Shown here piece after piece: positions 34,286 through 42,660 of a stretch of 64,000 nucleotides of DNA. A model generated the notes under the pieces. The model was not told the DNA's origin, searched no databases, and saw only the letters and a program-made list of their open reading frames with translations. How positions within the stretch are numbered: the stretch's first letter is position 1; each line of letters starts with the position of its first letter. A program made the position numbers and the translations under genes. This stretch comes from Patescibacteria group bacterium (GTDB lineage Bacteria > Patescibacteriota > UBA1384 > XYA2-FULL-43-10), in the NCBI GenBank assembly GCA_041674405.1, contig JBAYVT010000004.1, forward strand, positions 74,599 to 138,598, given 5' to 3'.

Positions 34286-35311
34286 ATGCCAAATAAGAAG
34301 AAGCGCAAAGTTGGCTTGATCGGCTGCGGGATGATTTACACCCGCCACATGGAAGCCATTACATCAAATCCTGAAGATTTTGAGCTAGTTGCTCTGTGTG
34401 ATATAGATGACAAAAAATTAGAAAATCGTGCAACGGAGAATCAAGTTCCCGGATTTACTGACTACAAGAAAATGTTGAAAGATATGAAGGGTAAGATGGA
34501 TTTTGTTTCGATTGCTACGCCGAACAGCCTGCATTACGAAATGGCTATCGAAGCTTTATCAAACGGATACGACATCCTAATTGAAAAGCCCATTGATTTT
34601 AAACACGACAGGGTCCAGGAGATCTCAAAGCTGGCGAAGAAATTAAAAAGGAATGCGTTTGCAGTCCTGCAGGTAAGATATAATCCCACCGTGAATATGG
34701 TGAAAGAAGCCCTGGATAAAGGGTATTTAGGCAATATCAGATCGGTAAGTTTGATTCAGCGTTGGCAGCGCCCGGAAACCTATTTTGATTCTTGGCGGGC
34801 TGATCTCAAAACAGGTGGACGCACTTTGTACGAAGTAGGAATTCACTACCTAGATATTGTCCAATTGCTCTTTGGTGTGCCTGAAGTAAAAGCTTCTGCT
34901 ACCTTCAACAACAAGCACAAAAATGTAAAATTTGAAGATACGGTCTTTTCAATTTATCAATTTCCGCAAGGCGCGTCTGGTTCTTGCGAGGTGACCATAG
35001 CTTCGGAACCGTCAAATCTTGAGTGTTCGGTCTCGATCATGGGATCCGAGGGATTCATCAAAATCGGAGGGCGTGCCCTCGATGCAATAGACCGGGCAAT
35101 GTTCGAAAGCCAAATTTTCGAAAAAAAGTGGGATAATCTTGTCGAAAGATACGGAGAATCATTGGAACCGAATTCTTATGGAACCCATGCTGGTTCTTGT
35201 CCCAACCACCCCACTCTTTATGCGGAAATCGCGAAAGGGAAAGGCATTTCGATAGATGAGGCAATTAATTCTATTAAATTTATCGAGAGAATTTATGGCA
35301 AAGAGGTATAA
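34286..35311 (+). CDS. Gfo/Idh/MocA-family NAD(P)-dependent oxidoreductase (sugar dehydrogenase, WbpB-like role).
   Basis: KVGLIGCGMIYTRHMEAI (Rossmann fold) and EKP in the core, with a typical length of about 340 aa. Confidence 0.7.
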   Translation: MPNKKKRKVGLIGCGMIYTRHMEAITSNPEDFELVALCDIDDKKLENRATENQVPGFTDYKKMLKDMKGKMDFVSIATPNSLHYEMAIEALSNGYDILIEKPIDFKHDRVQEISKLAKKLKRNAFAVLQVRYNPTVNMVKEALDKGYLGNIRSVSLIQRWQRPETYFDSWRADLKTGGRTLYEVGIHYLDIVQLLFGVPEVKASATFNNKHKNVKFEDTVFSIYQFPQGASGSCEVTIASEPSNLECSVSIMGSEGFIKIGGRALDAIDRAMFESQIFEKKWDNLVERYGESLEPNSYGTHAGSCPNHPTLYAEIAKGKGISIDEAINSIKFIERIYGKEV

Positions 35312-35320
35312 GGAGCTATA

Positions 35321-35875
35321 ATGGATTATTTTAAACATGAGACTGCCGATGTTTCAGACAAAGCGAAAATCGGCAAGGGCACGAAAATCTGGAATTGGTG
35401 CCAGGTGAGAGAAAATGCCACAATAGGTGAAAATTGCATTATCGGAAAAAATGCATACGTCGATACGGGTGCTATCGTTGGCAACAATGTAAAAATTCAA
35501 AATAATGCCTCTGTCTATGACGGCGTGACTTTGGAAGACGGCGTTTTTGTCGGGCCTCATGTTTGTTTTACGAATGATAAGATTCCTCGTGCAATAAATG
35601 AAGACGGATCACTAAAAGGCGGCGCTGAAACCGGCGACTGGGAAATTTCCAAAATTCTTGTAAAGCGGGGTGCTTCCATCGGTGCAAACTCTACAATCTT
35701 GCCCGGAGTGACGATCGGAGAATTTGCGATGGTTGGCGCTGGATCAGTCGTGACCAGGAATGTTCCAGACTATACACTGGTACTCGGCAATCCGGCAAGG
35801 GCGTATGGAATTGTCGACAAGTCTGGCAAAATTGTCAGCAAGGAACTTGTCGATGAACCGGCAAGCGTCAATTAA
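35321..35875 (+). CDS. Left-handed beta-helix (hexapeptide-repeat) acetyltransferase, a sugar N-acetyltransferase with a WbpD/PglD-like role.
   Basis: Repeated [LIV]G-x4 hexapeptides (IGENCIIGKNAYVDTGAIVGNNVKIQNNASV...). Confidence 0.7.
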   Translation: MDYFKHETADVSDKAKIGKGTKIWNWCQVRENATIGENCIIGKNAYVDTGAIVGNNVKIQNNASVYDGVTLEDGVFVGPHVCFTNDKIPRAINEDGSLKGGAETGDWEISKILVKRGASIGANSTILPGVTIGEFAMVGAGSVVTRNVPDYTLVLGNPARAYGIVDKSGKIVSKELVDEPASVN

Positions 35876-35888
35876 ATTGAAGGATTTT

Positions 35889-36743
35889 ATGGAGAAAAAA
35901 CCGCTAGTTTCAATCGTTCTATTTACATACAATGTGGAGAGATGGATTGAGAATAATCTCAAATCGATGAATGCCCAGAAATTCAAAGATTTTGAAATTG
36001 TCATGGTGGACAAATATAGCACCGACAAAACTCAAGAAATTGCCAGAAAGTTTAAAAATGTGAAAATATATAACGCGCCAATCGAGCGTTCGACCCAGGC
36101 TAATTATGGTGTTAAAAAAGCTCGCGGTAAATATGTGTTTTTGACGGGTGCTGATTTCGAGTATCACCCTCTTTATCTGAAAAAATGCGTCGAGCTGTGC
36201 GAAAAGAAGGGCTATGACGCAGTTTATACATCAGTCGTTACGAAGAACAATACTTTCTTTGGTAGATGCAAGGCTCTTGAGAGGCTTTGCTATGTTGGTG
36301 ATGATGAACATGAGTCGGCGAGATTTGTGAAAAGAGATGTTTTTTTGAAATTAGGTGGCTACGATGAAAATTTAGTTGCGGCCGAGGATTATGATTTTCA
36401 ACGCAGGCTAAACAAACAGGGTTACAAAACTGGCAGGGTAGATGTGATCGCAGAATATCATCTTGGGGAAGAAGAGACTTTGCGCCATATTGTCCGCCGA
36501 TCATTCTACTATGGAAAAACTCTGTATCAATTTCTGCAGAAATATAAGGGATCCAGCGTCGTACAGATGTCACCGGTACGGACAACTTACTTCAAACACT
36601 GGAGAATTTGGCTCAAAGACCCACTCCATACATTAGGTTTTATTTTCTTCAAGATCACCCAATATTTCTTTGGAAGCCTTGGTATGCTGACGGCAATCAT
36701 TGTAAATTATAAAGGAATAAATTCCGAGAAGGGGAGCAAGTGA
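35889..36743 (+). CDS. GT2 glycosyltransferase.
   Basis: VSIVLFTYNVERWIENNL... (GT-A N-terminus) and a DxD-like ...GADFEY... The start is taken at MEKKPL; the tabulated start at 35760 lies inside the previous gene. Confidence 0.65.
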   Translation: MEKKPLVSIVLFTYNVERWIENNLKSMNAQKFKDFEIVMVDKYSTDKTQEIARKFKNVKIYNAPIERSTQANYGVKKARGKYVFLTGADFEYHPLYLKKCVELCEKKGYDAVYTSVVTKNNTFFGRCKALERLCYVGDDEHESARFVKRDVFLKLGGYDENLVAAEDYDFQRRLNKQGYKTGRVDVIAEYHLGEEETLRHIVRRSFYYGKTLYQFLQKYKGSSVVQMSPVRTTYFKHWRIWLKDPLHTLGFIFFKITQYFFGSLGMLTAIIVNYKGINSEKGSK

Positions 36744-37126
36744 AAAAAATCAGACATAATATTCTTGATGGTTGGGCTAATCTTTCCGTTTTTATTCGCA
36801 ATAATCTCGTTGGCTTTATTGTATTGATTGCGTTTATGTTTGTTTTTCTTATGCTTAAAAATTACTTTCCGGTACTACAAAATTACATGCGCATAAGATT
36901 GATTTATGCCTATGTAGGGATGTTAGCTATCTTGATTCTAAATCTGGAAACGAAATTTTTTCTGAAGCTCTCTATTGCATTTTTAGGGCTTGTTGTGCTT
37001 GCCCTGATATTCAATAATACAAACGCAGCCGATCTTATCTCTACTTACTTTCTAATTACCTTTGCACTAGGAATTGTCGCTTCACCAATTCTCCTTGGCC
37101 TAAAAAATAAATGGCTAGGGGTTTAG
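36740..37126 (+). CDS. Small membrane protein (128 aa, 3-4 TM). Unknown function.
   Basis: Hydrophobic helices. It overlaps the GT2 stop. Confidence 0.4.
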   Translation: MKKIRHNILDGWANLSVFIRNNLVGFIVLIAFMFVFLMLKNYFPVLQNYMRIRLIYAYVGMLAILILNLETKFFLKLSIAFLGLVVLALIFNNTNAADLISTYFLITFALGIVASPILLGLKNKWLGV

Positions 37127-39229
37127 TTTTCTTACTTTATTTAAATAGAAAATTGTTCCCAATAATGCCAGAGCCGAAATTGCGATAGACACATATTGAG
37201 TTCTCTGCAGTTTATATTCAATTGTTACGGTATCAACATTTTTGGATATTGCCCACGAATTGGCAAATCCGTTGTATAGATGATGATCTATCTCCTCTCT
37301 GTCCGAAGTTTTTGCTTTCCAGTTTCCATTAAAATTCTGGTTTAAAATGAGCGTGAAAGGCGCAACTAAGCCTTTCGTATTAATCTTAAATTCCACGGGA
37401 TTAATTTCTTCAAAAGAGATCGGAACCAAGCTTCCGTCTTTTTCTACTGAAATAATTTGGCTGTTAGGGTCTGTACCCTTGATCTTATAAATCAAAAGAT
37501 CGCCGAATGTTTGTACCAGCTCGAGCTTACCGGAGTTCCTGATGGAATCCGAAATCATCTGGGCATTTTTTTGCACCGGCTCAGCCGTTCTATTGTAGGT
37601 GGAATAATTGTAATCAACCGACTTATCGTATAAAACATATTTAATATTGAACTTATTGGCATATTCAATAAGTTTTTCAGGGTGATCGATGGTATCCATA
37701 TACATTTCATCAATCAATTGGTCTGCTTTGGTTGTCGGGAATGAAGTATATTTAATTGTTCTATTGTTGATAAGCACAAGAGCCGGGTTATCACCGGCGA
37801 AAAATCCGTGTTCCCATTTATGGCCGACAGCATAACCGGTTGGCGGAATTAGCATCACTCTCTCATCTTGGCTGGTGTTAGAACTGAACCAAGAATTGGC
37901 ATCATTCCAATAGCCCGGAATGCTCACGTAATTAGACCGCATAAGCCCCGTATTGGTGTTCCAGATAATTTTTCCAGTAAGAAGTGGAAATGCCACCACC
38001 AACACCAAACAAAGGCCTAAAGGAGGGATCAGAAAGGCCAGAAGAGGTGCTTTGCGCCTGAAATAGTCAAATAGATATGCAATGCTACAGCCGAAAAGAA
38101 TGCTGATAGAAAACAAGTGGATCGGAGTAAATTTGGCCCAGGGTTCGCGGTATATCCAAAGAATTTTGATATGAGTATATAAATAATTGTACATTTCCCC
38201 GAAAGGAGGAGTGGATCCTTTGGCCAAGAACAAGCCGACGAGAGCCATTATTGCAAAAAAACGCACATGTTTATTTTTGTAGTTTAAAAGCAGGGCTAAA
38301 AGTGCGATTGCAGTAATGCCATAGCTTAAAATTAAGAAGAGAGGTTGGTCGAAATTGGTCCAGTATGAGAAATAAAACGACCCGTTATGGTTGTCATACC
38401 ATCCCCATGATCCCAAGAAGCGGAAAAAATTATGGAACTGCCCCGTATCAATTTTTTGAAACGTAAACACACCGCTCACTTGGTTGAACTGAAGGCTATT
38501 TATGACAAATGGCAGAAACCACCAGACGTTCAGAAGGACCCATATGCCGGCAAAAATTAAAGCATATAATACCGACTGGCGGATTTTTTTTGGGTTGATA
38601 GCGATGAAAAAAATTAAGTAAGCCAAAAGCATGATGGGAATCACGCTTGTGACAGCGAGATTCACATTGGCAGAAATTGATATTAATAATACAAAATTTG
38701 CATAAATCGCATATTTAACCCTGTTTTTGAGATCATATTGTTCAAGTCCCAGCTTAAAAAACAGAAGAACCAACGGCAAAGCAATCATCATCAGTTTTGT
38801 ATTTGTCTGATAGGCCCCTATCTGAACGACATATAGATTAAATGTGTACAAAAGCCCGGCGAAAAATCCTGCCATTCTTGAATATTTAAAATCTTTAAAA
38901 ATATTTCTGGCAAACAGGTACATTGCTATACCGGGCATGCCAAAAAGAATGATGATCCAAATCTTTTCAATAAATATCATTGAAAATCCCACCTTCGAGA
39001 GAATCAACCAGAATGGGAGAAGCGGAAAAAGATATGGCAAATAAATATTCGGCCCACCCATATTAAATGCCTTTGCGTTCCAAGAATAGAAATAATCAGG
39101 CAAGAAGCTTAAGGGGCGGATAATCCAAGACTCGTCACCCCCAGCAATCATAAGGTCTTTTTTGAACCAAAAAAGAGGCAGAAGGCTTAAAACCACTAAT
39201 AGTATTAGATATTTATCTAGTTTTTTCAT
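37115..39229 (-). CDS. Large polytopic membrane protein (about 704 aa) with an N-terminal multi-TM domain, a large extracytoplasmic C-terminal domain and a C-terminal TM anchor. It is a GT-C-like putative glycosyltransferase (YfhO/ArnT/PMT-like); family assignment uncertain. Paralog 1 of 3.
   Basis: More than 10 TM helices in the first 430 aa. The C-terminus has ...NGNWKAK...NGFANSWAI... and a final TM helix YVSIAISALALLGTIFYL. It shares architecture and the GxANxW motif with the genes at 39213..41447 and 42644..44818. Confidence 0.5.
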   Translation of the reverse strand: MKKLDKYLILLVVLSLLPLFWFKKDLMIAGGDESWIIRPLSFLPDYFYSWNAKAFNMGGPNIYLPYLFPLLPFWLILSKVGFSMIFIEKIWIIILFGMPGIAMYLFARNIFKDFKYSRMAGFFAGLLYTFNLYVVQIGAYQTNTKLMMIALPLVLLFFKLGLEQYDLKNRVKYAIYANFVLLISISANVNLAVTSVIPIMLLAYLIFFIAINPKKIRQSVLYALIFAGIWVLLNVWWFLPFVINSLQFNQVSGVFTFQKIDTGQFHNFFRFLGSWGWYDNHNGSFYFSYWTNFDQPLFLILSYGITAIALLALLLNYKNKHVRFFAIMALVGLFLAKGSTPPFGEMYNYLYTHIKILWIYREPWAKFTPIHLFSISILFGCSIAYLFDYFRRKAPLLAFLIPPLGLCLVLVVAFPLLTGKIIWNTNTGLMRSNYVSIPGYWNDANSWFSSNTSQDERVMLIPPTGYAVGHKWEHGFFAGDNPALVLINNRTIKYTSFPTTKADQLIDEMYMDTIDHPEKLIEYANKFNIKYVLYDKSVDYNYSTYNRTAEPVQKNAQMISDSIRNSGKLELVQTFGDLLIYKIKGTDPNSQIISVEKDGSLVPISFEEINPVEFKINTKGLVAPFTLILNQNFNGNWKAKTSDREEIDHHLYNGFANSWAISKNVDTVTIEYKLQRTQYVSIAISALALLGTIFYLNKVRKLNP

Positions 39230-41447
39230 AGAAAAATTTGAAATAAATGAATGAACCAGCGGCAATTAATATGCTGCAAATTGCTAAAATGCTGAATACT
39301 TTCTGTGCCGAATATTCAATTGTCATTGTATAATCCCCCTGTTCGCGAACATACCAGCCATTGGCATAACCATTTGCAAGGTAATGTTGGCCTTCATCAA
39401 TTTTCTGGGTTTTTCCATTTTTATTGATCGTGACTTTCCAATTTTTATTATAACTTGCAAGGAAGGTCAGTATATAAGGCGAATTTGCGTTCTTAACTTG
39501 AACGGAATATTTAGTAGGGCTAATTTTTGAAAAGATTGTTTCGGGCGATTTTCCAGAAATATTTAAATCTGCAAGCGAAGACGGCATATTAAAATCTTTG
39601 GCTTCTGGCGTGAAAAATATTACAGGTTGTTTTGTAAAATCAATATTACCCAAGTAACCATCAAGGCTCTCGGTTTGCCCGCCTTGGCGATCGATATTAA
39701 TATCACTCATATGAATGTCAGTAGTAGTGTAGATTTGAGGTAGGTTTGTGCCTGACTTATAAAAATCCAATCCTCCGATTTTTCTTTCCAGCCCAATATT
39801 TTCTTGGGTGGACAGGTTTTTTTCAATTGTTTCTTTTGAATTGATTGTGCGGAGAAACGACTCAGAATCACCGCGCACCATGAGTGTATCTACGCCCATA
39901 AGAGCAAGGATGCGATCGAGATGGACACCAAGACCGGCGTGATTAATTTCGTCATAAGCGATCGTCATCATATCAACAGAATGAGAAAAGGCCAGCCTGT
40001 TTTCAGGATAATCTCGCACAATAGGTTTGTTAAATAAATAACGGGTGAAATCAGGCATATCATAATATGCCCAAGTGAATTTTGACAGCCATTCTTCCTG
40101 GGGTAATATTAATATTCTGCCTTCTCCCTGATTTTTGAGCCAATCGGCGGCTTCATAATATTCCTGAGGAATTGTTACTGGTTTAATGCTTTGTTTCATA
40201 TCTCCTGTGATCATCGGATATTCGCCAATGAAAACCAATGCCAACATTAAGGAGACAAAGATTATTTTTGCATAAGATTTCTTAAAAAATGCAAGAATTT
40301 CGTCCGCGGCAAAGGAAAAAAGAACGCAGTAAGAAAAAATAGTCCAGATAGCAAACCTATATGGGTTTCTGAACATTTGCAGAATGGGAATCTTCATCAT
40401 AAAAAACTGGATAGGCTTACCAAAAACACTATTGCGCCCAGCAGCAAGAACGAAAGAGACAATCAGCAGGATAAGTAAAAACCAAATCATTTTTTTGCGT
40501 TCTGGGCTGGTATTTCTTCCGATAATTCTTATGATTGAATAAATCAAAGTGATCGAAACTAAAATTGCGATTGCACAGAGGGGCCCGGAGGTTGGTGCCG
40601 GAACACCCCTAACTAACAAGAGGTTAATCGGAGTTGCTGCTTGGGATATTAGCTTCCAAGTAAATAACCATAGGCGATTAATGTCCCCGATTTGCGAGCT
40701 TCCGCCCAGTCCAAGAACTGCCGGAACAAGCCACCAGATATTTAAAACAACCACATAAACAATTGAAAGAATCGTAAATTTGGCAACATTCTTGCGGTTT
40801 TTGCCCGTTGCTATCTCGTACAGTAACCAGAAATACAAAGGCAGCATATGCACCACAAATGAAGGCATGTTGGTAATTGCCATAAAAACGCTGACTATCC
40901 CAATATACAAAGCGTAAATGGGCTTTTTGTTCTCCACGCCCAATTTTCCCAGTAGAAATACGAGTGGAATGAAAGCATAAGAAAAAATTGCTATATGCTC
41001 TCCCTGAGAGACATAGAGCCCCATAATCGGGTTAAAAATATAAAACAACCCAGCCAATAATGATGCGAAATGATGTTTGCCGCGCAAGATATTTCTTGTA
41101 AGAAGGTACATCGAAAGCCCAGCTAAAAATATTCCGGCAACATACCAAATTCTCTCAATCGCACCGATTGATAAACCAAGAGTATTAAGGCTGGCTAGGA
41201 TTCCATAAAAAGGAATTTGGGACAAAAATGCAGATGAGATATCGTAACCCATCGTTACTTTGTCGTACCATACGGATAGGGAAGAGTGCAGGTTTGAGAG
41301 AGGGGCCAAGGGAAAATCCGCATCGGTTCCGTCAATAATTCCCAAGATCCCTGTCTTCCAAATGGGTAAGATTGCAGAAAACAAAAGAATCGGCAGATCG
41401 ATGAGCAAAGGGTTTATGCGCGTAAACCAATTTTTGAGTCTATTCAT
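39213..41447 (-). CDS. Large polytopic GT-C-like membrane protein. Paralog 2 of 3.
   Basis: Same architecture. The C-terminus has ...NKNWKVTINKNGK...NGYANGWYV... and the TM anchor FSILAICSILIAAGSFIYF. Confidence 0.5.
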   Translation of the reverse strand: MNRLKNWFTRINPLLIDLPILLFSAILPIWKTGILGIIDGTDADFPLAPLSNLHSSLSVWYDKVTMGYDISSAFLSQIPFYGILASLNTLGLSIGAIERIWYVAGIFLAGLSMYLLTRNILRGKHHFASLLAGLFYIFNPIMGLYVSQGEHIAIFSYAFIPLVFLLGKLGVENKKPIYALYIGIVSVFMAITNMPSFVVHMLPLYFWLLYEIATGKNRKNVAKFTILSIVYVVVLNIWWLVPAVLGLGGSSQIGDINRLWLFTWKLISQAATPINLLLVRGVPAPTSGPLCAIAILVSITLIYSIIRIIGRNTSPERKKMIWFLLILLIVSFVLAAGRNSVFGKPIQFFMMKIPILQMFRNPYRFAIWTIFSYCVLFSFAADEILAFFKKSYAKIIFVSLMLALVFIGEYPMITGDMKQSIKPVTIPQEYYEAADWLKNQGEGRILILPQEEWLSKFTWAYYDMPDFTRYLFNKPIVRDYPENRLAFSHSVDMMTIAYDEINHAGLGVHLDRILALMGVDTLMVRGDSESFLRTINSKETIEKNLSTQENIGLERKIGGLDFYKSGTNLPQIYTTTDIHMSDINIDRQGGQTESLDGYLGNIDFTKQPVIFFTPEAKDFNMPSSLADLNISGKSPETIFSKISPTKYSVQVKNANSPYILTFLASYNKNWKVTINKNGKTQKIDEGQHYLANGYANGWYVREQGDYTMTIEYSAQKVFSILAICSILIAAGSFIYFKFFYEKTR

Positions 41448-41547
41448 AAATATAAAGCTTAGGTTACTTTAGAAAAATACCAGAAGCACTTCTAAAAAGC
41501 AATTGCAGGTCAGCAGCATCTTAAGCTGTGATATAATTTTTTAAGCC

Positions 41548-42660
41548 ATGAAAAAAAATTGGATCAAAGAGATAGACTATTTAAGAGCTGTCGCCATACT
41601 AGCTGTAATTTTAATTCATGCAACAGACCCCTGGGATTCTATTACTCCACTTACGTCTGTCGGTATCATTGCCCTGACACTAAATGAACTATCAATTTTT
41701 GGGGTTTCCTTCTTCTTTGTAATAAGCGGCATGGTTTTATTCCGGAGCATGCAAAAAAAAGATGCGATCATTCCATTCTACCTGCGGCGCATCCAGTCAA
41801 TTCTGATTCCATATCTTTTTTTCACGATAATTTATGAGATTTTCAAAAAATTCTATTTAGGCATACCCTTGTCGCAGGCCACAGTTTTTCATGATTTGTA
41901 TACGGGCCAAGGTTATTTCCATTTCTGGTTCCTTGTCGTGCTATTTTATTATTATCTAATTTATCCTTTTCTTTACCGAATTTTTATAAAGTTTAAGCAG
42001 TTAAACCCCTTTTTAAACGGGATTGTCTTTATTGTTTTTCTGGTTCTTCCTTTTTTGTGGCAAATAACATCAAGTAAATTTGGATTAGCAAAGATCGATG
42101 GACAAGTTAGAATCACTGAGTTTTTCCGCTATTTACCATTTCTGTATGGCGGTATCGCGATCTCAGCAAATTATGAAAGAATAAAACAAAATTTGCACCT
42201 TACAAAAACTTTAATATTGGCATCAGTTTCTTTGGTTGCCATTTTTACATTGATATTTTCAATCTATCTTGCGGTGAATCACCCTGGAATTTTTGTTCAT
42301 ATTCAGGGTATCTATCACTATTACAGCCTCATATTTCTCCCATTTTATGTGTTTCCTTTATTTTTTATTCTTATTAAATTTTTTTCTTCAGTAAATATAA
42401 ATCAATCCGTTTTGAATCTACTTAAAAAGATCGGTGATTATTCTTTGGGTATATATTTGATTCACATAATGTATAATATTCTTATATTTGGTGAGCTGAT
42501 ATACAAATATCTCAATCTGACATGGAATAATATCCTGGCTTATATTTTACTTTTTATCGGTTCCTCTTTAGCGAGCATTTTAACCATCTGGATAATCTCT
42601 AAAATACCGTATTCCGGATGGATATTAGGAAATAGGGTACGTAATGCAAAAACAATCTAG
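41548..42660 (+). CDS. Acyltransferase-3 (OatA/OafA-like) family membrane O-acyltransferase.
   Basis: The N-terminus EIDYLRAVAILAVILIHATDP matches the Acyl_transf_3 signature. It has 10-11 TM helices. Confidence 0.7.
   Translation: MKKNWIKEIDYLRAVAILAVILIHATDPWDSITPLTSVGIIALTLNELSIFGVSFFFVISGMVLFRSMQKKDAIIPFYLRRIQSILIPYLFFTIIYEIFKKFYLGIPLSQATVFHDLYTGQGYFHFWFLVVLFYYYLIYPFLYRIFIKFKQLNPFLNGIVFIVFLVLPFLWQITSSKFGLAKIDGQVRITEFFRYLPFLYGGIAISANYERIKQNLHLTKTLILASVSLVAIFTLIFSIYLAVNHPGIFVHIQGIYHYYSLIFLPFYVFPLFFILIKFFSSVNINQSVLNLLKKIGDYSLGIYLIHIMYNILIFGELIYKYLNLTWNNILAYILLFIGSSLASILTIWIISKIPYSGWILGNRVRNAKTI

Noticed and set aside
35760-35888. Upstream extension of the GT2 ORF at 35760..36743
   Set aside because: The extension lies inside the preceding acetyltransferase gene (ends 35875). 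The GT2 N-terminal signature (MEKKPLVSIVLFTYN) begins at 35889.
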